From positions 2,860,559-2,924,558 of the forward strand of contig NW_003314268.1 in assembly GCF_000143415.4 (NCBI RefSeq): DNA of 64,000 nucleotides, written 5' to 3'. Position 1 is the first letter of the stretch, and each line of letters starts with the position of its first letter. The translations under genes and the position numbers were made by a program. Positions 11,459 to 23,366 of this stretch are shown piece by piece. The notes below the pieces were generated by a model. That model saw only the letters and a list, made by a program, of their open reading frames with translations, was not told where the DNA came from and ran no database searches. The DNA comes from Selaginella moellendorffii (taxonomy: Eukaryota > Plantae > Lycopodiophyta).

Positions 11459-14400
11459 ATTTAAAAATATTTTTATCTTTATTAGTATAAATAAATTCTA
11501 TACCTAGCTATTCCATACAGAGAAACATAAACTCTTGTGATACAATCACCTTAAGATTTCTTCTTCTGTGAATTCAAGGTTTGGTTTGGGAGATAAATCT
11601 GATAACTATTCGCCTGTGCATCGTGCATAAACAGCCCCTTGAAAAAACGAGTGTAGCAATGCTTATCATTGTTAACATTGTCCAATGACCATCACAAACC
11701 AATGTGCCACTTTACATTGATGTGGAAAGCTAAAGGTTAGTAAAGTTTTTGATATTACTTGGATGTTAAAATGTTTTAAAGATAACTTACCATTTTTTAA
11801 ACAATTGATTCTCTGAATAGAATTTAGTTAAAAGTGGGATCTAGAATAATTATTTGAAAAAAGAAATTGATTGTTAAGCCTTGTAATGTTGTAAATTCAT
11901 ATTAAAAGTACTTTAGCACATTTTAATATTCTAAAGGGTCTCACTTTTCCTTTCCATGGTGAAATAGTCATTAAGTAATCCTTAGGACTGTCATATATAA
12001 ATTTAGCATATATATATTTTTGTGGTTTTGTTTCAATAACATTCTTATAAAACTCAACTACATCAAAAAGTTTACCACTATCTGCCTCTTTGAAACCTAG
12101 ATTCATATAAACATGTTAATATGAATGGAATGATGTATTATCATATTTGTGTATGATATTTTTAAGGATTTCTCAACATAATTATTATAACAGGGGATGG
12201 AGCAACATTTAAGTCATAACAATCATTGTGACTTTTACAACAAAATTCTAGAACAATTTTGTATGATTTCACAGAAGTGTTAATGAATTCTGTAAAATTA
12301 TATTGGTGTTCCCACTTTGTGCTGATATTGTTAAGTAACTTTGATCATGCTAAACAAAGCCACAGAATTCCTCAAAAAGCTACTCCAAACCCTTCTCCTT
12401 TTTGTTCTCATTTCTGATGTTAAAAAGAATTAAGACTAACTATAGAATATGGATATATGCTTGAAGGGCATTTGTTTCATCTAATATGCCTACTCTAGCA
12501 AATGCAAAGTTCACTCTATTAAAAAATTTGCATCTAGCTTGACAAAAAGTGGTAATAACGGAAGGCCTCCCAAGACAATACAAATCTGCAATCCACGAGA
12601 AAATATAAAAATTAAAGCAATAGTGCTTGAGCCAAGAAATCTACAATCAACTTGCTGAAGTATGTCTTTCCATGCAGTGGAATTGCATTGGGGATATATG
12701 TGTTTTCTCCTCCATCTAAAGTTGAGTTCTTGAAAACAAACAGGCCTTGTATTGGAGATTTGTGATAGGAGGATAGAAGTGTTCAATGTCATTATTTTGG
12801 TTTCATGCATCTTGATGTCTCAAACTGCTCGATCCTACACCTTCAAATTTAATGTTTTTTTAACCAATTGTTATGTAATAAAAATTGCTATATAAGTAAA
12901 CAATATTTACTAAGTAGTCACTAGTGCCAAGAAATAGGGAAAAAACTTTTAAAAATGAAAAAAATTGTTATTTATTCCTCTCTCTCTAAATCTACTTGAT
13001 GTTTTAAAATCTTTATTGAATATAGCTATTGTGAAAGTTTCTTTTTGTTACGCTCATTTAATGCACCAAGATTTTATACCATTCTTTCATGAAGGATTTA
13101 GTTCACAACCAAATTCTCATAAATTTAATTTACTTTCTTAATAAGTTTTATTGTAATTTATCCCATTCTCATAACCAAGTTCAATAGATTCTTTAACAGT
13201 TTATCTCACTCTCTTAACAAATAGTTTAGCCCTTTTAACTGGTAGTTGGGGCAATTTTTTAAGCAAGTGGGATTTAACTGCTCAATCTAAATTGTGAAAG
13301 AGAGAAATAAATCGAAAAGAAAGTTTCAAAAGATAAAAAAGTTTTAACAAGAAAGCAAAGGAAGAAGTATAAGTAGTAAAGATAAAATAATCAAAATTTT
13401 CCCTAATTTTAATAATGGCTTAGAAAATAATTAAATTGTTGGAAGAAACAAATATATGTGTGTATCTCTATTTCTAATTTTTTATTGTAACATTGAGCTA
13501 AGATAAGAAGAAACAACAAATATATGTGTAAATCTCTATTTCTATTTTTTTATTATAACATTGGGGTAATATAAGTTTTAAAAAAATGAATAAGTACTTT
13601 TTCAAAAACTATATGTCACAAAGCATATTATAATGGATTTATTAGAATTATAGTTGACTTAATGGAGAATAGAGACAAAAAAGCTGACTAATTGGATGAA
13701 GACAAAAAAATTATCTTGAAGAAAACCAAAGGCAAAAACAAAATAGAAAATAGTGATTATTATTTAAAAATTAAAAAAGTGTTTAAATCATGGAAAAACT
13801 TCAAAACACTATAAAAGGATTCATGAGAAACTCTAAACACATATCTATTTTTTAAATCACTAATTTAAATTCAATTCTTCATTAAATTTTTGTTCACCAA
13901 ATTCTTCATATACTAGGTGTTAATTAGGATTTGAAATAAGGCTTTAGTTTTCATTCACTTGCATTTCTCTTTGCCTCAATAATTTGATTTTCCTTTCTCT
14001 AGAAAAAAAAAAACATTTAGACCACACTCAACTTAATTCATAAACAGCAACATTAGACAATTATTTTATTCCTTTAGACTTCAAATTTTAAATTGTTGAT
14101 ATCATTTACATCTCAAAAGCTTGAGAAGCCTGTAACTCTTGTGAGCCTCACTAATCTAGCATTATCAAGTTTGTGAATGATGCAAAGATTGTGTAGTAGA
14201 CAAACACAAACCACACACACAAGATTCTTCAAGGTGTTATCATTAGTAGAGATCTGGTTAATTGTTGGAAAAATTTAGAACGAATGAAAATTTGCTACAT
14301 AGATATTTGATATCATCTGTATTATACAGCTAGGAGGTATAGGGGTATAAGCACTTTTAGCAAGTGGAGCCAACATAAACAAATACAGGCTGGATTCTGC

Positions 14401-14982
14401 CACCATGGATGATGGCAACCGAATGGGTTGTAGCTAAAGTTGGAGACAATACATAGTCTTCTGTCTTTTCACAATTGAGTTTGTGAAGGGAACCGTTCCA
14501 AACCCTAAAACTTGTACCCTTAACACTCTATTTCTCAAGCTTTACTATGATTTGCCCTACTTAGATCTAACTTCTATTTAACTACAGTGAAAAAATGTTT
14601 AAGAGCAGGATGAGAATCATCTAAATCTATTCCATGTTGAGATCAACATAAACTTGCAGATTGGTGATCGGAGAGGCTACAGTTCCAAAGGTCTTTTCAA
14701 AGGACAAAGGCAAGAAAAAAATAATGAGTGGGTATTTTGAAGAATATTGCTCCCAGCCAGTGGAAGAGTGAGAATGGATTTGGATGAAGAGGAATGAGGG
14801 GTCTTTTCTCCAGAAGTCTGGTGAGCGATGAGAAGCTTCTTTTGCCATTTCTCCTTTCGTCTCTCTCTTATGTTGGGCATAGGCTTGCCCAAAGCTCTCA
14901 TCCATATAAATACCCTCGCCGTCTAACATCCTGCTTCCAGTCTAAAACCCTAAAATAAATAAAAGTTCTAGGGTTATTGAGC

Positions 14983-16062
14983 ATGCAGGTGCTCTTGGAC
15001 CTCGACCGGACGCTTGTTCGCCTCGATCGCGGCGGCAAACACTCTGCTGGTGGCGATTCCCACGCGCCGCTGCATGGATGCCGCGAGTTTCTACTCGCGC
15101 TCAGCCAAATCCCAGGTATGAGCGTCAGCTTCTTCAGCTTCGGCCCGGAATCGCGAAACTCGCTGCTCGTTGCAAGCCTCCTGGCCGACATTTTCCCAGC
15201 ATGCACAGCAGCAGGAGGCCTCAAGGATTGCAGTGTCTTCTCGCAGAACCATCTCTACCGGGTGGACGGATTCACAGTGATCAAGAGGCTCCGGGATCTC
15301 CCCACGGCGATCGAGGTGGACATGGAGCAAACCATCATGGTGGACGACATGGCTTGCTCGGTGTGCGCTCCAGGAGAGGAGAGGAACTTCCTGCCAGTTT
15401 ACAGTGGAGAGTTCCAGTTCACAGGAGCTGGAGCTGCGTATCCGTGTGGGATCTTCCAGGCGCGAAGAGACAACAGCCTTGTCCGTGTGCTGGGGACGAT
15501 CTTGTGGTGCATCGAGGCCTCCAAGGAGCGAGATGTGAGCCTGGTGGAGGCTCTCACGGTCTTGCAGTGGGATTTGGAGTCGAGCACGTACCGGCACAGG
15601 CAAACCAACAGTGAGAGGATCTATAGCTTGGGTCTGGCGGCGATGAGACGCTTCAATCCAGAGATCGAGCTGCTAGACACGGAGAAGCAAGGATTTTTGC
15701 CGTGGTCGCCGCCGCTGGCAGTGCTCAATCCTGCGTCCCAAGCGCTGGTGCTTTCGTGGTACCGCCACTTTGGCTTCGATGAGGAGCAAGTAAGGAGGAT
15801 TGTAAGCAGCGGAAGATTGGTGGCGTGGAGAGAAGAGTTTGCATCAAGATCAAAACCACAGGTGACAGTCGTCGAGATTTTTGGTGGTTTTAGCCTCAGT
15901 CTTCCTCGAGAACTTTCTGACCAGGCAACCAAACATGTCTCGAGTGATGTCGTGAATTATGGACTGGAGAAACACAGCAACATCGAGCTAGCTTGTGCGG
16001 CACCCGGACGATTTAAGCTTCGGTTGAAGGCTTTGAGACTATGCGACTTTGATGAAGCATGA
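14983..16062 (+). CDS. Intronless HAD-superfamily (FCP/SCP/NIF-like) phosphatase, copy 2 (most complete)
   Basis: DLDRTLV, FFSFG, IKRLRDL (motif III Lys candidate), IMVDD. Confidence 0.8.
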   Translation: MQVLLDLDRTLVRLDRGGKHSAGGDSHAPLHGCREFLLALSQIPGMSVSFFSFGPESRNSLLVASLLADIFPACTAAGGLKDCSVFSQNHLYRVDGFTVIKRLRDLPTAIEVDMEQTIMVDDMACSVCAPGEERNFLPVYSGEFQFTGAGAAYPCGIFQARRDNSLVRVLGTILWCIEASKERDVSLVEALTVLQWDLESSTYRHRQTNSERIYSLGLAAMRRFNPEIELLDTEKQGFLPWSPPLAVLNPASQALVLSWYRHFGFDEEQVRRIVSSGRLVAWREEFASRSKPQVTVVEIFGGFSLSLPRELSDQATKHVSSDVVNYGLEKHSNIELACAAPGRFKLRLKALRLCDFDEA

Positions 16063-16282
16063 TATTCGTGTTCTTGGAGTTTTTGTTCTTGGTTTTGCTG
16101 GGTTCTTTATTTGGGAGTGTAGATCTGTCTCTTCAAGCAAGTTCTTTCACACCTAAAGACTTGGAGCCAGTAATCTGTACAGAGAGAATAAACACAAATA
16201 GGAACTTGTTTCATTTTCCAGGACACAAATTGAAGTCCTTATATGGGAGATGGTAGACCCGATGTTTCTAATCTCCGGTAAA

Positions 16283-17536
16283 TCAGATGGCTCTTAACAG
16301 TCCCTTGTTTAGCATGTCGGAAACAGCGTCAAGCAGCATCCGTTCCAATGGTATATCAAACTCAGTGATTAGCCCCAAGAGCTTCTCTCTTCCCAGATTG
16401 TCGGGACGGATTCCCGATTGGTTCCAAACGCTCGTCTCAGCAACGCACCTAGAGTTTCTAGCTTTATAGATATCGGCAGAAACGAACTAGAGACGCTTAC
16501 TCTTTTGGATATGGAAGCTGCGGGAACTTGGCCCTGAGAATCTTGATAATCTCGCTGTTGGACACAACCGTTTCCACGCAGAGATAGCGGCCCGAGGCCT
16601 CCTCCTTGTCCATGGCCAGAATGTGAGCTTTCGAGACGTCCCTCACGTCCACAACCGGAATGGAGGAATCACGGTAGCTGCTTTCATGACCTGGGGAAAC
16701 AAGACACATCGATCAGGCTTCTGAAGCATTTTTAAAGCACAAACCATCCACGAGAGCCTTCAAGACCGCACTGCTGAGATTCAGCGTTGGCTGGAGCATC
16801 GGGCCAAACACGTACGAGGGGCAGATCGTGATGAGGTCAAGGCCGTACTCCTTGGAGAGACTCCACGCTAGCTTCTCAGACTCCGTCTTGGCTAAAAGAT
16901 ACCATTGCTTGAAACAAGAGTTTCAGTGAGTACAACACAGTAACTTCGTCGAGGGTGAGGATAAGTTTACCTTGAGCTTTCTACAGTAGTCAGAATCAGA
17001 CCAGCAGCTCTCGTCGACAATTTTTTTCGCAGGCCGATTTGGATCGAACATCACCGCAGCCGCGGACGACGTGACAATGACCCGTTTGACCCTCTCCTGT
17101 GCGCAGGCCTTCAACACGTTGCGAGTGCCGGTGATTGCTGGCACCAAAACATCCTGGGACTCAAAAACACAGTCAGCCTTATCCAGAGAAAAGAAATGAA
17201 ATAGGAGACTACCTCTGGATTCTCAGTCGATGCGGTTACAGGGCAAGCAGTATGGAACACAACTTCACAGTCCTGAATCGCGTCAGCGATTGAGTCATAG
17301 TCGAGCACATCAGCCTTATGTAGTTTTAGTCTCTCGCTTCCATCCAGTTGCTTTAGATGTCCACACTTGGTGCTGTCATCTGAAAGCCACCATCACTAGA
17401 TCTGGAACAAAGACAACAAACCAGAACCTGGATCGCGGACAGTGCCATGAACTGAAAAGCCCTTGTTAAGAAGATCACGAACAATCCACGAAGCAATGAA
17501 ACCACCAGCTCCAGTCACGCAAATCGCCTTGCCCAT
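16283..17536 (-). CDS. CCR-like reductase, copy 2
   Basis: Same motifs and exon structure as copy 1. Confidence 0.92.
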
Positions 17537-18049
17537 TCGGACTGAGTTCCTGCGATCAATGGAGACGAGGAACAGAGTCCCCTGGCTGTAATTTATTTGA
17601 AGACTACGTTGCACGTGCGAAACCTGTTTTGCAAGGAGAAAATTTTGGCTTATGTGGAGCTTGACGACAAGAAGCTCTTTGAGCACTCGCATTATGTCCA
17701 GAAAATATGTCCAACTTACGAAGCCAACCAACTCTGAATTTTGCGCAGCGGACATTGACCGTGACGTCATGCTTAAGGGTTAGAAGGGTTAGGGTTAGGG
17801 TAAGGGCGCCTAATAATAGAAAGGGTATTAAAGTAAGCATATTCGAGAAACAGCTAGTTACCCTTAACGGGCCCACCTCACATGCCCTAATCCACGTCAC
17901 GAACTCAAATGTAGAGCCCTAATATTTTTTATTTTCTTCCTTGATCCGCAAGGAGGAGATTCACGAGTAGGCAGCAAGCAAAGCGATGGTGTTGCCGCGA
18001 ACAAAATGCAGCTGGGCGGAGGCGCCCTCCCTCTATTCTTGCCAAAGCA

Positions 18050-18694
18050 ATGTAAGTACACTGCGTATGTTTGATTCTTTCATCTTTCTTGTCCACCCCT
18101 GATTGTGCTTCTTGTCACAGGGACAGGTCGGAGATCGAACTGCGAGTGGAGGACCACAGCATCCGCCTCAAGCTGGAGATTGTGATTGAGATTCCCAAGA
18201 AGGAGCTCATCTCCAAGCTCTATTCTTCTTATCGGTCAGGGTACTAGATTGCGTAGCATTTTGGTTTATAAGACCCCTTGCCTTTTCAGCGCATCGGGAT
18301 GATTTTCTGCTGCTTTGTGACAAGCTGGAGCAAATAATTGCCTTGCAGTATCGCTCTAGACAAGAAAATCTCACTGTAAGCTACAGCATCTGGTCTACTG
18401 TTTCAAGTTTTCTTCTCTTTCATTGAAAGAACATTGCAGGATGTCTATGAGCTCTTCAATCCTCTTGGCAATGTCAAGAAGCTGGAAAGCTTTTCTGAAG
18501 CCCAAGTCAAGGAAAGTCAGGATAGAGTTCTTGAGCTTTTATCTGACGTAAGTGTCTCTCTGCTACAGTTCAGTGATTATCATATAGACAAGCTGTCAGG
18601 CCATGGACAAAAGTAACTTCAAGGCTTTGAGCGCGTAAGAGCTAAAAGTGGCCACCTCCAGTTAGTATTTCTTCCATTTGACCACGAAAATCAA
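18050..18694 (+). pseudogene. Truncated DUF3754 gene, copy 2
   Basis: Same breakpoint as copy 1; in-frame TAA/TAG stops near the junction. Confidence 0.88.
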
Positions 18695-18701
18695 GACGTG
18701 A

Positions 18702-19605
18702 TTTGACGTCTTAGTTGGGGATACACCACACTTTCACAAGTGTTTACCATCCACAATCAAATGGTTTGGTGGAAGGATTTAAACTTTCAAAAAGATGATC
18801 GTGAAGTATATGAACTTTCAGCATTCACATTGAGATGGTTATTTATCGTTTCTTTAGTATGCATATGTTATAAAGGTATAAAGTTCTATTGGTGCTTCAC
18901 TATATAAACTTTTATATTGTTATGATCTAATGCTACTAACAAAGTTGGGTTTACCTTTGCGATTGTTATGGGTTGCTGATGCTATGTTGTGGGATTAGTA
19001 TTTGATGAGCATTCTTCCACTTGTTTGAGCAAAGTCTGCCAAACACCTGGGCCGTGTACAAGTGAGATAACAACAATAATACAACTCCCATCATCATTCA
19101 CCTACAGAATACAAAGTGAATGACTTGATGTTAATCTGTTTTCCCAATATTATGGTATGCGGTTTATCTAAAAGGCTCCTTGCTCAATAGAAAGGTCTAT
19201 ATAAAGTGTTACAACAAGTTGAATTGAAAGTTTATAAAGTTCAACATGACATTTAACAAGTCGATCCTCCAAAAATTATGCATATGTAGTAGTTAAAACG
19301 TTTTGTATAAAGGGATCAGGAATAATTGGCACCATCTACAATTTTACCAATGCCTCCTCTTGATGTTCCTCCAAATCCCAACCCATCCATAAGAGAACTT
19401 TGATGGTCTTCCATCATTCTGCGAAGAGGGAGTGATATGAGGTCCAAGTGTATAGCTATAATACCGTATATTAATGTAGTAAAATTTTAGTAATTGTTAG
19501 ATTAACTTCAATCTTGACCACTCACTATTATATATAAGCTAGGTTTTTGGGCTAATTGATATACACATTTTTTGTATTCTCTTTCCATATTCCATTGCAC
19601 TCACA
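18702..19605 (+). mobile_element. Decayed Ty3/gypsy remnant, copy 2 (LTR 19436-19605)
   Basis: Homologous to 10547-11458 and to the 3' end of the full element. Confidence 0.9.
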
Positions 19606-21927
19606 ATCTAAAAACATTTTTATCTTTATTAGTATAAATAAATTCTATACCTAGCTATTCCATATAGAGAAACACAAACTCTTGTGATATGATCACCTTA
19701 AGATCTCTTCTTCTGTGAATCTAGGGTCTGGTTTGGGAGATAGATGTGATAATTGTTCATCTGTGCATCATGCATAAACAGCCCCTTAAAAAAACGAGTG
19801 TAACAATGCCTATCATTGTCAACATTGTCCAATGACCATCACAAACCAATGTGCCACTTTACATTGATGTGGAAAGCCAAAGGTTAGTAAAATTTTTGAT
19901 ATTACTTGGATGTTAAAATGTTTTAAAGATAACTTAGCATTTTTTAAAAAATTAATTCTCTTAATAGAATTTAGTTAAAAGTGGGATCTAGAATAATTAT
20001 TTGAAAAAAGAAATTGATTCTTAAGCCTTGGTAATGTTGTAAATTCATATCAAAAGTACTTTAGCACATTTTAATATTCTAAGACATCAACTCTACGGGG
20101 TCTCACTTTTCCTTTCCATGGTAAAATAGTCATTAAATAATCCTTAGGACTGTTAGCATATATATTTTTGTGGTTTTGTTTCAATAGCATTCTTATAAAA
20201 CTCAACTACATCAAAAAGTCTACCACTATCTGCCTCTTTGAAACTTAGATTCATATAAACATGTTAATATGAATGGAATGATGTATTATCATATTTGTGT
20301 ATGATATTTTTAAGGATTTCTCAACTTAATTACTATAATAAGAGATGGAGCAACATTCGAGTCATAACAATCATTATGACTTTCACAACAAAATTCTAAA
20401 ACAATTTTGTATGATTCTACAGAAGTAATGATTTCTGTAAAATTAAATTGGTGTTCCCACTTTGTGCTGATATTGTTGAGTAACTTTGATCATGCTAAAC
20501 AAAGCCACAGAATTCCTCAAAAAGCTATTGCAAACCCTTCTCCTTTTTGTTATCATTTCGGATGTTAAAAAGAATCAAGACCAACTATAGAAGATGGATA
20601 CATGCTTGAAGGGCATTTGTTTCATCTAATATGCCTACCCTAGGAAATGCAAAGTTCACTCCATTAGAAAATTAGCACCTAACTTGAGAAAAGGTGGTAA
20701 CAATAAAAGGCTTAGTGCTTGAGCTAGGAAATCTACAATTGGCTTGCTGAAGTATATCTTTCTATACAGTGGAACTGCATTGGGGATGTATGTGTTTTTT
20801 CCTCCATCTAAGGCTAAGTTCCTGAAAACAAATAGGCCATGTATTGAAGATTTGTGATAGGAGGATAGAAGTGTTCAGTGTCATTATTTTGGTTTCATGC
20901 ATCTTGATGTCTCAAGTTGCTTGATCCTACACCTTCAAATTTAATGTTTTTTTAACCAATTGTTATGTAATAAAAATTGCTATATAAGTAAACAATATTT
21001 ACTAAGTAGTCACTAGTGCCAAAAAATAGGGAAAAACTTTTTAAAATGAAAAAAAATTTATTATTTATTCCTCCCTCTCTAAATCTACTTGATGTTTTAA
21101 ATTTTTTATTGAATATAGCTATTGTGAAAGTTTTTTTTTGTTACCCTCATCTAATGCACCAAGATTTTATACCATTCTTTCATGAAGGATTTAGTTCACT
21201 ACCAAATTCTCAAAAATTTAACCTACTTTCTTGATAAATTTTATTGTAATTTATCCCATTCTCACAACCAAGTTCAATAGGTTCTTTAATAGTTTATCTC
21301 ACTCTCTTAACTATTAGTTTAGCCCTTTCAACTGGTAGTTGAGGCTTCTTCTTTTTGCTTTCTTGTTAAAGCTTTTTTATTTTTTGAAACTTTATTTTTT
21401 ATTTATGTCTCTCTTCCACAATTTAGATTGAGCAGTAACCCCACTTGTTAAGAAAATAGTATAAGTAGTAAAGATAAAAACAATATCAAAAGTGGATAAA
21501 GAATTTAATATATTCAAATTAAGATATTAGGGGATTTTTCAAAAATACTCCCCAAGTACAAGAGAATTTATTTGTTGTCAAATTTTTCCCTAATTTTGAT
21601 AATAGCTTAGAAAAAAATTAAATTTCTGGAAGAAATAAATATATGTGTGTATCTCTATTTCTAATTTTTTATTGTAACATTGAGCTAAGATAAGTGGAAA
21701 TAAAAAATATATGTGTGTATCTCTATTTCTAATTTTTATAATTGTAACATTGAGGTAAGATAAGAATAAAAAAATGAATAAGTCCTTTTTCAAAAACTAA
21801 ATGTCACAAAGCAATATTATAATGGATTTATTAGAATTATAATTGACTTAAAATGAAAAAAGTGTTTTAATCATGGAAAAACTTCAAAATACTATAAGAG
21901 AATTTATGAGAAACTCTAAACACATAT

Positions 21928-21952
21928 TGTGAGGGCCAAGTGTACAGCTACA
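21928..21952 (+). mobile_element. 25-bp mini LTR remnant flanked by ATAT target-site duplication
   Basis: TGTGAGGGCCAAGTGTACAGCTACA matches the LTR 5' end; the empty site AAACACATATCTATTT is seen in copies 1 and 2. Confidence 0.85.
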
Positions 21953-21988
21953 ATATCTATTTTTTTAGTCACTAATTTAAATTTAATT

Positions 21989-22161
21989 TGTGAGGGCCAA
22001 GTGTACGGCTACGATGCCGTATAAATATTAGCGTAGTGGGATTTTGGTAGCTATCGGATTGGTTTCAATCCGGACCACTCGCTCCTGTATATAAGCTAGG
22101 GCTTTTGGGCTAATTGATATGCACATTTCTGTATTCTCGTTCCATATTCCATGCACTCACA
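21989..22161 (+). repeat. 5' LTR (173 bp)
   Basis: Direct repeat of 26824-26998; internal TATATAA. Confidence 0.95.
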
Positions 22162-22394
22162 TTGGTGGAGGTGAGGGGCACGTTTGATTGTCCCTAGGGA
22201 GTGCTTGGATTTGGGATTTCGGTTTAGATCTAGCTTTTGCATTGTCTAGATGTAGCTTTTTCCATTTCCTTTCTTTTGTTCTTTTCTTTCAGGATTTTGG
22301 TTTAGATCTAGCTTTTTGCATTGTCTAGATCTACCATTTCTTTCCAGCTTTTTGTCATTTCTCTTCTTTTGCTCTTTCTTTTTCGTTCATCTTC

Positions 22395-23327
22395 ATGGCC
22401 GATCTGCAATCTCCTCCTTTGACTCTAGAGCAGCAGTTGGTTCAATTGCTTGATGCTATGCACTTGCAATTAAACAACCAAACTCAATTGATGGCGGCAT
22501 TCACGGCACGTGGTCCAATTCCTCTTGCTCTTGGTGCCAATCCTTGCGTTCGGCCGGAGTTCTTTCGTGGGAATCCTGGGGATGATGTGTACCATTGGTT
22601 CGATCACTTCACGGTGATTGCCATATATCATTCTTGGGATGATGCTCGACGTTTGCGTGAGTTTCCCACGTGTCTCCAAGGGATGGCGTTGCAGTGGTAC
22701 AATGGATTGAGTGCGGCCACTCGTGGGGATTGGAGTGTTCTTCCGGACGTCTTTAAACGTGCCTTCGGACATGCCGACGATTGTGACGATGCCTTCCAAC
22801 AATTGCATCGTCTTCGCCAAGGGCCATCTGAGTCGGTGATGCAATTTGGCATTCGTTTTCGAAGTCTTTTGCTTCGTGCAGAGCCTAATATGTCGGAGCG
22901 GATCAAGCTAGGAATGTTGTGGCCAGCACTTCGTCAAGATCTTGTTGGCCTTGCGCATGCACTTGCTCCTACCACCCTTGACGATGCTCTTCGCTTGGCA
23001 CAACGTTATGAGACGTCGCCTCTTCCACTTCTTGCTACACATCCTTCAGCTCCACTTCCTATGAGTGATGGTCCTGTTCCCATGGAGGTTGATGCTGCTG
23101 CTACTCGAGTCCAAGGACAAGGGCGAGGACGTGGTCGTGGCCGTGATGTTCGCTGCTGGGCGTGTGATGAAGTTGGTTATACTTATCGGCGTTGTCGGTG
23201 CTTTCCGGATTGGCGACCTCCATTTCCTGGGTGGAGACCTTGGCGTCAGCAATGTCCCGTTGGTGCTGCTGCGGTGGAAGGTTTGGATACCGAGGTGCAT
23301 TCGGGAAACGAAGAGTCGCACAAGTAA
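22395..23327 (+). CDS. gag: Retrotransposon Gag
   Basis: LRQGPSESV capsid motif, PVPMEVD, degenerate zinc knuckle CWACDEVGYTYRRC. Confidence 0.9.
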   Translation: MADLQSPPLTLEQQLVQLLDAMHLQLNNQTQLMAAFTARGPIPLALGANPCVRPEFFRGNPGDDVYHWFDHFTVIAIYHSWDDARRLREFPTCLQGMALQWYNGLSAATRGDWSVLPDVFKRAFGHADDCDDAFQQLHRLRQGPSESVMQFGIRFRSLLLRAEPNMSERIKLGMLWPALRQDLVGLAHALAPTTLDDALRLAQRYETSPLPLLATHPSAPLPMSDGPVPMEVDAAATRVQGQGRGRGRGRDVRCWACDEVGYTYRRCRCFPDWRPPFPGWRPWRQQCPVGAAAVEGLDTEVHSGNEESHK

Positions 23328-23366
23328 TGGAGGGACCTTGCGCGAATAAGTTAGTGACCCCTCCAT
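23303..23366 (+). promoter_or_regulatory. -1 programmed ribosomal frameshift signal (slippery heptamer + H-type pseudoknot)
   Basis: G GGA AAC in gag phase; 6-nt spacer; stems 23316-24/23337-45 and 23327-34/23359-66; pol is in the -1 frame. Confidence 0.85.

Noticed and set aside
11460-13550. AT-rich spacer (repeated at 19606-21740) as a specific DNA transposon or Helitron
   Set aside because: No terminal repeats or transposase motifs could be recognised; it contains only a local ~70-bp tandem duplication.
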